Positions 35,396-44,300 of a stretch of DNA of 64,000 nt are shown here, one piece after another. The stretch is taken from positions 1 through 64,000 of the forward strand of contig CDROCS010003917.1 in NCBI GenBank assembly GCA_977020255.1. Direction: 5' to 3'. Origin of the DNA: Obrimoposthia wandeli. Lineage: Eukaryota. Position 1 is the first letter of the stretch. Each line of letters opens with the position of its first letter. Made by a program: the position numbers and the translations under genes. The notes beneath the pieces are model-generated. The model saw only the letters and a program-made list of their open reading frames with translations, was not told the DNA's origin and made no database searches.

Positions 35396-35760
35396 ATTAT
35401 TTTTATATCTAAAATTTCGAAATTCTGTATAGATTTTAATTGTTAATCATATGGATAGCTACACTGTTATATTTTATGTAACAAGCTGTCTGAATTTTTT
35501 GTTTTTCTTTAATTAATAAATTATATGCACTCTAATAATGAAAACTACCGAGTCGTATAAAGCCCTCAAATTGGCACTGGCTGAGCAGTATTTAATAGCT
35601 TAATCGAGCACTTCCAAATAGTTACGATTAGTTATAGTATAATAAAAAGTCAGAATACGATAACTTACAATACTAGTTATAAAGTATGAAGATGAGTTTT
35701 AATTTATTGTCATATATCGAAGCGATTTAAAGCAGTATTTAACCAATTTAGAAAAATGTC

Positions 35761-36600
35761 ATGGTGATTGCGATTAACAGTAAAGTTATATTTATAATAA
35801 TATTGTTAATCAATCTTTTAGGCTGTGCTTCTGGATATGCACCAGTGAGTGATATTTCATCTGTGACAGTTGGTTCAAAAAGCCACTCACTAAATCAGAA
35901 GAGAAAGATCAAGCCAAAACTGCCAAATAGCTACAAAGTGAAAAAGGGAGACACTTTGTATTCAATTGCCTGGAAATATGGTCTGGATTTTAAGCAACTA
36001 GCTAAGCTTAACAATATATCTTCAAATAATGTAATCTACAAAGATCAACTGCTGAAGGTAAAGCGAAGCAATAAGCCGTCTGTTACTAAACCTACTTTGC
36101 TTAATAGCAGAAAACCACCGTTAAAAAGTGCAGCTAATGCAAATAAGACAAAAATAAAAGCAACGCAGAGAAGTCCAAAGTCAGTAAAAAAGCCAGCTCC
36201 GAAAAAAAAGCAGCAGAAGCCAGTTTCTTCTAAAACAAGCAGGATGCGCTGGCAATGGCCAGCAAAAGGTAAGCTGATAAATAGATTCAGCCAAGAAAAC
36301 AAAGGACTGGATATAAGTGGTGCTAAAGGTGGGCCTGTTAGAGCAGCTGCATCTGGTAAAGTGGTTTACGCTGGAAATGGCATCATTGGCTATGGTAATT
36401 TAATCATAATTAAGCACTCTCAAGAATACCTAAGTGCCTATGCCCACAATAGTGTCATATTAGCTAGTGAAGATGCGATAGTTAAAGCTGGGCAGAAAAT
36501 CGGCGAAATAGGCAGTAGCGGCACAATTAAAACAATCCTTCATTTTGAAATACGAAAGGACGGTAAACCGGTTAATCCACTGAATTATCTACCTAAATAA
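35761..36600 (+). CDS. nlpD: Lipoprotein NlpD (LysM + degenerate M23)
   Basis: Lipobox LLGC, LysM YKVKKGDTLYSIAW, WQWP, NKGLDI (catalytically degenerate), LHFEIR..GKPVNP. Follows surE-pcm. Confidence 0.9.
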   Translation: MVIAINSKVIFIIILLINLLGCASGYAPVSDISSVTVGSKSHSLNQKRKIKPKLPNSYKVKKGDTLYSIAWKYGLDFKQLAKLNNISSNNVIYKDQLLKVKRSNKPSVTKPTLLNSRKPPLKSAANANKTKIKATQRSPKSVKKPAPKKKQQKPVSSKTSRMRWQWPAKGKLINRFSQENKGLDISGAKGGPVRAAASGKVVYAGNGIIGYGNLIIIKHSQEYLSAYAHNSVILASEDAIVKAGQKIGEIGSSGTIKTILHFEIRKDGKPVNPLNYLPK

Positions 36601-36877
36601 TACCAAGATGTATCTCAGAATATAGAGCGGCTATATCGCTGGAGCGTTAAGTGGAATTCAGCTCAGGTTATGGATCTCTATTTGTGTTCTCAATCTTGGT
36701 TGATTGGAAAACCATGACACGTGAAGTCATGAATCAAGCTCTAACTATTAGATTATCTATTAGAGTCTAATGGTTATTTGAGAAGAGCTGACGACTAGCC
36801 TAAGCGGTGCCTCAGAACCGCTATATAACATATCGTGCTAATGTGCATGTACTGGTGTGAAGTTTTCAAACTGTTTT

Positions 36878-38449
36878 TTATGCTTTCAGTAAAGACAGAA
36901 AGTCCTCAATAGCTTGATCGTTATCAGTATTAACTCTATCTTGGTAAAGCGATTCCGCATCAGTTAAAGGCTGTTGATAACTTAATTGATGAGATAGCCT
37001 ATCTAAAGAAAACTTGCTGTCAGTTGATCGTGTATTGATACCGCGTACTAACCTGGCTTCCATTAATTTATCATCGCATTCACAACTGATTATTTTAATA
37101 TTCACGTTGAGCTGCTTTGCAATATCGAGATACTTTTGGCGGAAATGTTGTTTCAAGAAAGTGCCATCGACCAGCACAGTGTAACCTTGCTTTAACAACT
37201 GCTCTGTTAAGATAATTAGATGCTGAGAAAGACGTGCATTAATTTCAGGACTGTGCAAATCAATATTCTTTCCTTTCTTTTGTAGTTCTTTATGTAATCT
37301 ATTTCGCTCAGTTTCAGAGCGAATACGGATGGCATCAATTGATTCAATAATTTTGCGGCTTAAATGGCTTTTTCCACTCCCAGAAAGACCATGCATTATT
37401 AATAATCTGGCAGTCGGTTTTTTTTGGTAACTTTGGGTTAGTTTTAAGTATTTAATAAATGTAGCATGATTCGCTTGTTCACCTAAAGTCGCAACTTTAG
37501 CGCGGACCATGGACCTAAAGCTTTTATAGAAATTAAGTAGCAATAAACACTGGTAGTCTCCGGTTATTTCTAAATAGCGGTTGAGTGCTAAATTTGCCCA
37601 TTTATGTTTATTGTTAGCTTCTAAATCCATCAATAAAAAAGCCAGATCTGAGCAAGTGTCAATCCATCTAAATTGCAAATTAAACTCAATGCAATCAAAT
37701 AAGCGTAGTTTATCTTGGTAACAAGTGACATTGCCCAAGTGTAAATCACCATGGCATTCTCTGATAAACCCTTGTTGCTTTCTATCTTTGAAAACATCTT
37801 GCAATGCATTGTATTGGACTGTGGTTTGGGCGTATAAGGTGCTTAATTCTCGTTTATCTAGTGGGTCCTGGCAGAAATCTAGCGTGTGCAGAAAATTATC
37901 AGCAACTAATTGCCAAATGTTTTCAGCCTCTCCCCAAGGGCTATTAGAAGCAACTGTAGGCAGTTGTAAATGAAATTGTGCTAGTTGTATCGCTAACTCG
38001 TCAATCCATTGCGTTTTGAATTGATTTACTTGCAATAAATGATCCAAGCCCGCTTCTGGATCAAACTGCTGCATTCGCACTGCAAATTCTAATACAGGTT
38101 CGTTGTCGGCGGGTGTGATTTGTGCACTGATGTCATTGTTATTGACACTTCGATAGTCAGTCGTCGAAACTTGCGGGGTTTCAACGGCGCCGGTAATGAT
38201 CACAACTGCTTGGTATATATCTGGAGCTAAGCGTTGATTGAGGCGCAATTCTTCCTCACAGCAAAACTGGCGCTTTTGTAAACTGGAAAAATCTAGAAAA
38301 CCAAAATTTAGAGACTTTTTAAGTTTGTAAGCATATTGGCCTGTTAATAATACCCAAGATACTTGTGTTTCAATTACTTTAATAGGCAGAGTAACACTAT
38401 GTGGATAGCAAGCAGGGTTTTGCAATGCTTCGATTAAACGCGCTGACAT
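36878..38449 (-). CDS. Bifunctional aminoglycoside-phosphotransferase-like kinase / P-loop (AAA_33) kinase, function unknown
   Basis: IETQVSWVLL, AYKLKK, RECHGDLHLGN, FDCIEFN in the N-terminal domain. Walker A GLSGSGKS and VDGTFL in the C-terminal domain. Confidence 0.85.
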   Translation of the reverse strand: MSARLIEALQNPACYPHSVTLPIKVIETQVSWVLLTGQYAYKLKKSLNFGFLDFSSLQKRQFCCEEELRLNQRLAPDIYQAVVIITGAVETPQVSTTDYRSVNNNDISAQITPADNEPVLEFAVRMQQFDPEAGLDHLLQVNQFKTQWIDELAIQLAQFHLQLPTVASNSPWGEAENIWQLVADNFLHTLDFCQDPLDKRELSTLYAQTTVQYNALQDVFKDRKQQGFIRECHGDLHLGNVTCYQDKLRLFDCIEFNLQFRWIDTCSDLAFLLMDLEANNKHKWANLALNRYLEITGDYQCLLLLNFYKSFRSMVRAKVATLGEQANHATFIKYLKLTQSYQKKPTARLLIMHGLSGSGKSHLSRKIIESIDAIRIRSETERNRLHKELQKKGKNIDLHSPEINARLSQHLIILTEQLLKQGYTVLVDGTFLKQHFRQKYLDIAKQLNVNIKIISCECDDKLMEARLVRGINTRSTDSKFSLDRLSHQLSYQQPLTDAESLYQDRVNTDNDQAIEDFLSLLKA

Positions 38450-38812
38450 ATAGACCCATACAAAAAAAAGTAACTTAATGAAGTCTTTGCACTAAACAGA
38501 AAAGGTCAGTGTTACAAAGGAAAAAAAGCTTAAACCAAGTCTTATAAATAAGTTAGGATTAATAATGCACCTTTTAATGGGTGTAGGGCTTGTTTTTAAC
38601 GTTGAATCAGTGACGCAGTAAATGTGCAAAGGTCTTATTGTAACTAAAGGAGAAAAGCGCTGATATTAAGCTTTATGCTGATATTCACGACAGGTTTTTT
38701 CTGCTCATTGCTGTAAAGAAGCGCATTATACTAGAAAATCGCGTTGAGCTCTATAAAGCTGGATCTTGGAATTGTACAATAGCGGCAAAATCAAATGATA
38801 AAGCTGGAATCC

Positions 38813-41191
38813 ATGGCGAAGAGCAAGCAAACACCTTCTAAAATTAGCAAAAAAACCAAAACAAAAACGAAAAAAAGAGCAAGAAATGTTAGCCTTTTGC
38901 GCAAACTAGTGATTTTTAGCTTAAAGCTCTCTGTTATTCTTGGGGTATTTGCCGCTATAGGTCTGTTTTATTTAGACGCACAAATTCGCGAGAAATTTGA
39001 AGGAAAGCGTTGGTCGATACCGGCAAAAGTATATGCTCGCCCACTTGATTTGTATGCTGGGCTAGCACTTAGCAAAGAAGATTTAAAGGTTGAATTAAAA
39101 GGCTTAGGTTATCGTTTCGTTCAGAAAGCTAACCAGCCGGGGGAGGTTGAAGTTGCGACTAGTAAAGTTAAAATTTTCACCCGTGGATTTGAGTTTTTAG
39201 ACGGCAATGAAGTTTCTCAACAAATAACCGTTAACTTTGCTAATGGCATTATTAAGCGTATTACCGCGCAAAATGGCAGCCCTGTTTCTATTACCCGCCT
39301 AGAGCCTATTTTAATTGGTGGTATCTATCCAAAAAACAACGAAGATCGAGAGCTAATTAGGTTATCTCAAGCCCCTAAAGGCTTAGCTAAAGCATTGATT
39401 GTTACTGAAGATCGTAGCTACTATGATCACTTTGGTATATCTGTGAAAGGAATTGCTCGAGCAATGTGGGTCAATTTGCGAGTTGGCCGTTTTGTTCAAG
39501 GGGGCAGTACTTTAACTCAGCAATTAATCAAAAATTTCTATTTAACATCTGAGCGTACATTGATCAGAAAGCTCATTGAAATGCCAATGGCAATCGTACT
39601 CGATTTTCGCTATACAAAAGATGAGATACTTGAAGCATACTTAAATGAAGTGTACTTAGGTCAAGAGGGCTCCAGAGCCATTCACGGCTTTGGTCTAGCT
39701 GCGCAATATTATTTCTCCAGGCCGATAGGTGAGCTTAAATTACATCAAGTAGCGCTTCTTGCAGCGATGGTGAAGGGGCCATCCTATTATGATCCGCGTA
39801 AAAGGCCTAAAAGGGCTAAACAAAGACGTAATTTAGTGCTGAGTATGATGAAAACTAATGGTGATATTAATGCTAAAGAGTATAAATATTTTAGTGATTT
39901 ACCACTGGGTGTTACTAAGCAAAAAAGTCTGCATAAAGGTGCATATCCCGCATATTTGGATTTAGTAAGGCGCAAATTAAAACAAAGCTATAATGAAGAA
40001 GATTTAAGTTCAGAAGGACTTAGGATATTTACCAGTCTAGACCCTATATCTCAAGCGAAAGCGGAAAAAGCGCTACGCTTGAGTATAAAAAAATTACAAA
40101 AGAAATATGGTAAAAAAGCAAATAACTTACAGGCCAGTATGGTAGTCACTGATCCGCAAACAGGCGAGATTATTACTGTTATAGGGGCGAGTACCAAGTA
40201 TCAAGGATTTAATAGAGCGACTGATGCTATTCGATCAATAGGATCGCTTATTAAGCCTGCGGTATACTTAACCGGGTTACAGCAGGGTTATTCCTTGGCT
40301 TCTATGATAGAAGATGCCCCTGTAGTAATACCTACGCCAGGCGCTAAACCATGGAGACCTAAAAACTTTGATAAAAAAAGTCATGGTAATGTTCCGTTTT
40401 ATTTGGCTTTAGCTAAATCTTACAATCTATCTACAGTTAAGGTAGGTATTGATGTAGGGCTTGATAAAGTAATAGATACCATACATAAATTAGGCGTTGA
40501 GCGAGTGGTAAAAAAATTCCCCTCACTACTGCTGGGTGCTCAAGGAATGACGGCGATTGAAGTTGCTACTATGTACCAAACAATCGCTGCCAATGGATTT
40601 TTGATGCCAATGCGTGCTATTCGTGCGGTTACTGATGCACAGGGTAATGAGTTGTCGAAATATCCATTTAAAATAAAGCAAGTAGTGGATTCCCAATCAA
40701 TATACCAGTTACATTTTGCCATGCAGCAAGTAGTTGAAATCGGTACTGCACGTTATGCTAATAGCAAAATATCCCCCAGTATTAAACTGGCGGGTAAAAC
40801 GGGCACTACTAATGATCAGCGAGATAGCTGGTTTGCAGGTTTTTCAGCCAATAAATTGGCAGTAGTGTGGCTTGGTAAAGATGATAACACTCCCCTTCCT
40901 TTTACCGGGTCATCAGGTGCCTTAAGAGTATGGACAGCTTATATGCAAACTGAAGAGTTATCTCCCTTAGAAAGTGCAGTGCCAGAGGGAATTGAGTTTT
41001 CAAATATAAATTTGGAAACCGGCTTCAGTGTTGATATTGGCTGTGAAAACAGCCTACGTATGCCTTTTAGGACTGGAACAATACCAGCTTATGCTATTAA
41101 TTGCGGTGATGAACAGCTATCAATACCTATAGAAGATAGAGCGGCTAAAAAACCAACGCGTAACTGGCTAGAGAGGTTGTTCAGTAATTGA
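38813..41191 (+). CDS. mrcB: Penicillin-binding protein 1B
   Basis: UB2H region, GT motifs EDRSY..H.G and QGGSTLTQQLIKN, TP motifs SLIK, SYN, KTG. Start set at ATG 38813. Confidence 0.94.
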   Translation: MAKSKQTPSKISKKTKTKTKKRARNVSLLRKLVIFSLKLSVILGVFAAIGLFYLDAQIREKFEGKRWSIPAKVYARPLDLYAGLALSKEDLKVELKGLGYRFVQKANQPGEVEVATSKVKIFTRGFEFLDGNEVSQQITVNFANGIIKRITAQNGSPVSITRLEPILIGGIYPKNNEDRELIRLSQAPKGLAKALIVTEDRSYYDHFGISVKGIARAMWVNLRVGRFVQGGSTLTQQLIKNFYLTSERTLIRKLIEMPMAIVLDFRYTKDEILEAYLNEVYLGQEGSRAIHGFGLAAQYYFSRPIGELKLHQVALLAAMVKGPSYYDPRKRPKRAKQRRNLVLSMMKTNGDINAKEYKYFSDLPLGVTKQKSLHKGAYPAYLDLVRRKLKQSYNEEDLSSEGLRIFTSLDPISQAKAEKALRLSIKKLQKKYGKKANNLQASMVVTDPQTGEIITVIGASTKYQGFNRATDAIRSIGSLIKPAVYLTGLQQGYSLASMIEDAPVVIPTPGAKPWRPKNFDKKSHGNVPFYLALAKSYNLSTVKVGIDVGLDKVIDTIHKLGVERVVKKFPSLLLGAQGMTAIEVATMYQTIAANGFLMPMRAIRAVTDAQGNELSKYPFKIKQVVDSQSIYQLHFAMQQVVEIGTARYANSKISPSIKLAGKTGTTNDQRDSWFAGFSANKLAVVWLGKDDNTPLPFTGSSGALRVWTAYMQTEELSPLESAVPEGIEFSNINLETGFSVDIGCENSLRMPFRTGTIPAYAINCGDEQLSIPIEDRAAKKPTRNWLERLFSN

Positions 41192-41306
41192 TTGATAGAA
41201 TTTAAAGCAATGTTCTTTGTTTTTTATAGATAGGATATTCAATGTTGTTTATTGGGATAAAGGTTATGATAGTTACCAATTTGCATAGTATTAAAAAGGA
41301 TAGATT

Positions 41307-41969
41307 ATGAATAAGATTTTTCGTCTGAGTAGATTAACAATTACTGCTTTTGCGTTATTGGTTTTAGCAGGTTGTTCTGTATCAGGTGTTAATTCTGTAT
41401 CGATAGAAGATCGCTCCATTGCTGGTAATTCAAAGAATGGAGTTAACTCCGTTATCGAGCAATCTGAAGAGGTGGAAGTAACAGCGCTTAACATCAGGCC
41501 TAATTTTAGGACTTCTAACACTCAGGTCATTAATGAGGGAATCAACGAAAGCTCTAGCGTTACAGGTAGTTTGGCAGGGAATGGCACAGAGCAGATGCAT
41601 TCGCAAATCAATCATCAAAGTAAAGCACCTGAAATAGCGGTTAGTGCGCAAAAGCCAGCGACAATTGCCTTATTAAATACTGCAAACTATCAAGCAAACA
41701 GCGGTAGCTTAAGGGCAGCACAATCAAGTTTAGAGCGGGCATTGAGGATATCACCAAAGGATCCTGAGGTTTATCAATCATTAGGAGAAGTGCATAGACT
41801 CCTAGGTGAATATGTACAAGCAGAGCAAATTACCTTAAAAGGGATTGCTTTGGCAGCCGGGCAAAGCAATAAACTACGCCGCTTATGGAGTGCTTTAGCT
41901 AAAATCCGCTCAGAATCTGGTGATACTGCAGGGGCCAATAATGCGTTTCAAAAATCGCAAAGCTATTAA
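41307..41969 (+). CDS. TPR lipoprotein, probable LpoP-type PBP1B activator
   Basis: Lipobox LAGC, disordered linker, C-terminal TPR (AAQSSLERALRISPKDP..AEQITLKG). Immediately downstream of mrcB, as lpoP is in Pseudomonas. Confidence 0.7.
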   Translation: MNKIFRLSRLTITAFALLVLAGCSVSGVNSVSIEDRSIAGNSKNGVNSVIEQSEEVEVTALNIRPNFRTSNTQVINEGINESSSVTGSLAGNGTEQMHSQINHQSKAPEIAVSAQKPATIALLNTANYQANSGSLRAAQSSLERALRISPKDPEVYQSLGEVHRLLGEYVQAEQITLKGIALAAGQSNKLRRLWSALAKIRSESGDTAGANNAFQKSQSY

Positions 41970-42030
41970 GTAGCAATGTTTTTGTTGTAGTTATTTAGCT
42001 CAGGGAAATGAAAATGAGTAAACAACCTAT

Positions 42031-42705
42031 CTATATAGGTTGTTTACTTTCTTTGATGCTGGCTAGTTTTTCAGAAAAATGGCTACACAAAACCAGTAAC
42101 GCATAGGCTAATAAGAAATTGTACCAACTACTACTCATATTAATCAGCTGCTCATTTACCGTTGAAGGTAGAAAATACAATGAAACGAGTACTTCTTTAT
42201 TAAAAACCAGCATGGCTAGTACGAAACAACTTATAGCACTGATGTTTAACAATAATTTCCCTAGTTTTATTCTATTATCAGCCTGATAAAAAATGCTGAA
42301 TCCGATAATTAAGCTTGTTAATACTCCAAGACTAAGGCCATAATATTCTCCAGCGTGTGTTCTTCGAAAAAGCTCAAAGGTTGCCAATAGCGCTAAGCTC
42401 CATCTCCCCCAGCTCGCTCTACTAAAAGTTTTATTCATCATTAAGCTAAGAAACGCTGAAGAAAATAAGGGTAATGCTAAGTACTGCCTTAGATTTTCTA
42501 TCATTAAAGCGAAAGTTTCGCCGTCATTACTATTGGTGTTGACTATTAGTGGAGAAATACTGGCGATGCAAATAAACACTGCACACAAGCAAACAACACT
42601 GGCTAAGACTTTACTAGTGCTTGATAATTTAACGGGTTGTCTAAACAATAGCAGTGCTGCCAAAAGGCTTGCCACTGCTAGAATTAGGCTACTAAAGATT
42701 GCCAT
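42031..42705 (-). CDS. Hypothetical polytopic membrane protein translationally coupled to hemL
   Basis: 224 aa with about 6-7 hydrophobic segments. The ATG overlaps the hemL stop (TAATG). Confidence 0.7.
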   Translation of the reverse strand: MAIFSSLILAVASLLAALLLFRQPVKLSSTSKVLASVVCLCAVFICIASISPLIVNTNSNDGETFALMIENLRQYLALPLFSSAFLSLMMNKTFSRASWGRWSLALLATFELFRRTHAGEYYGLSLGVLTSLIIGFSIFYQADNRIKLGKLLLNISAISCFVLAMLVFNKEVLVSLYFLPSTVNEQLINMSSSWYNFLLAYALLVLCSHFSEKLASIKESKQPI

Positions 42706-43988
42706 TATAAGGTTTTAAATACCTTAGCAGCAGCAGCAATTGTAGCTTCTATATCTGCTTGGGATATTGCTGCTGACATAAACCCGGTTTCATATGCTGA
42801 AGGTGCTAAATAAATACCTTGTGCTAACATTCCTTGGAAGAATTTTGCGAAGCGTTCTGTATCGCATGCAGTGGCTTGCTCAAAACTAGTTACTTGTGGT
42901 TGATCAGTGAAGAAGATACCGAACATGCCACCAATGTAAGTGCTTGTTAATGGTATACCAGCTGCAGCAGCAACCGCCTCTATGCCTTGTGTCAGAAATT
43001 CAGATTTAGCACTTAACTCGTCATAAACACTCGGGTTATCAGTCAGTGCATTTAGCATGGCTAAACCAGCTTGCATTGAAAGAGGGTTTCCTGAAAGTGT
43101 TCCCGCTTGATAAATTGGACCTAAAGGTGCAATTTGTTGCATAATTTCTTTCTTGCCGCCAAATGCACCTACAGGCAAACCACCACCAATGATTTTACCT
43201 AAGGTGGTTAAATCAGGAACTACATTGAAAGCCGCTTGAGCGCCGCCTAAAGCAACGCGAAAGCCTGTCATCACTTCATCAAAGATTAAGACACTCTTGT
43301 ATTCATCGCAGATGTCTCTTAAGCCTTGTAAAAAGCCCTCGACGGGTAAAATGCAATTCATATTGCCGGCTATTGGCTCTACAATAATACAGGCTATTTG
43401 ATCACCTATTTCAGCAAAAGCCTGCTTTACGTCTTCTAAATCATTAAAGCTTAAAGTGATAGTGTGTTCAGCCAAAGACACAGGCACTCCAGGGGAGCTA
43501 GGTGTACCAAACGTTAATGCGCCAGAGCCTGCTTTAACTAATAAAGAATCTGAATGACCGTGATAGCAACCTTCAAACTTAACAATTTTATCTCGACCAG
43601 TATAACCACGCGCGAGGCGTATTGCTGACATTGTCGCTTCAGTGCCTGAATTAACCATACGTACCATTTCAATGGAAGGCATGATTTCACAGACCTTATC
43701 GGCGAGAAGTGTTTCAACAGCGGTGGGTGCACCGAAACCTAAGCCGTTATCTAGGCTTGCTTTTACGGCTTCGATAACAGGTTGATATGCGTGACCTAGA
43801 ATCATTGGGCCCCATGAACCCACATAATCGATGTACTGTTGGTCGTCTTCGTCAAACAGATATGCACCTTCTCCTTTTTTGAAATATATAGGAGAGCCTC
43901 CCACGCTCTTGAATGCACGGACTGGAGAGTTAACGCCTCCAGGAATATGTTTTTGTGCGGCTGCAAATAACTGTTCTGAGCGAGACAT
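42705..43988 (-). CDS. hemL: Glutamate-1-semialdehyde 2,1-aminomutase
   Basis: [56 protein letters not shown]. Confidence 0.97.
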   Translation of the reverse strand: MSRSEQLFAAAQKHIPGGVNSPVRAFKSVGGSPIYFKKGEGAYLFDEDDQQYIDYVGSWGPMILGHAYQPVIEAVKASLDNGLGFGAPTAVETLLADKVCEIMPSIEMVRMVNSGTEATMSAIRLARGYTGRDKIVKFEGCYHGHSDSLLVKAGSGALTFGTPSSPGVPVSLAEHTITLSFNDLEDVKQAFAEIGDQIACIIVEPIAGNMNCILPVEGFLQGLRDICDEYKSVLIFDEVMTGFRVALGGAQAAFNVVPDLTTLGKIIGGGLPVGAFGGKKEIMQQIAPLGPIYQAGTLSGNPLSMQAGLAMLNALTDNPSVYDELSAKSEFLTQGIEAVAAAAGIPLTSTYIGGMFGIFFTDQPQVTSFEQATACDTERFAKFFQGMLAQGIYLAPSAYETGFMSAAISQADIEATIAAAAKVFKTL

Positions 43989-44300
43989 AATAATGATCCT
44001 TAAACAAATAAACGGTAAATAATTAATGGATTTGGCGCATTATCCCCTGAACTGGGAAAATGCACCAGTAGTGTTTAAAAATACTGTTTAAAGAGTGCGT
44101 TTAAGGAGGATGTTTTGAGAGCACTATTCTAGGATCATTGCTGTCCGGTTAAAAAGTGTAAACTCTTTACTTACTGATTTGTGGTCTTCTATCATAGGTA
44201 ATTGGATTTTTTAGCTAAATAACACTTGTGGTTAACGTGAAATCAATGAGTTAAAGAACAACAAAAATTAAGTCGGACACTAATGTTCGAGGATAAAGTG

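Noticed and set aside
36640-36710. RsmZ/CsrB-like sRNA in the nlpD downstream spacer (four GGA triplets)
   Set aside because: Only one fits ANGGA and they are not consistently in hairpin loops.
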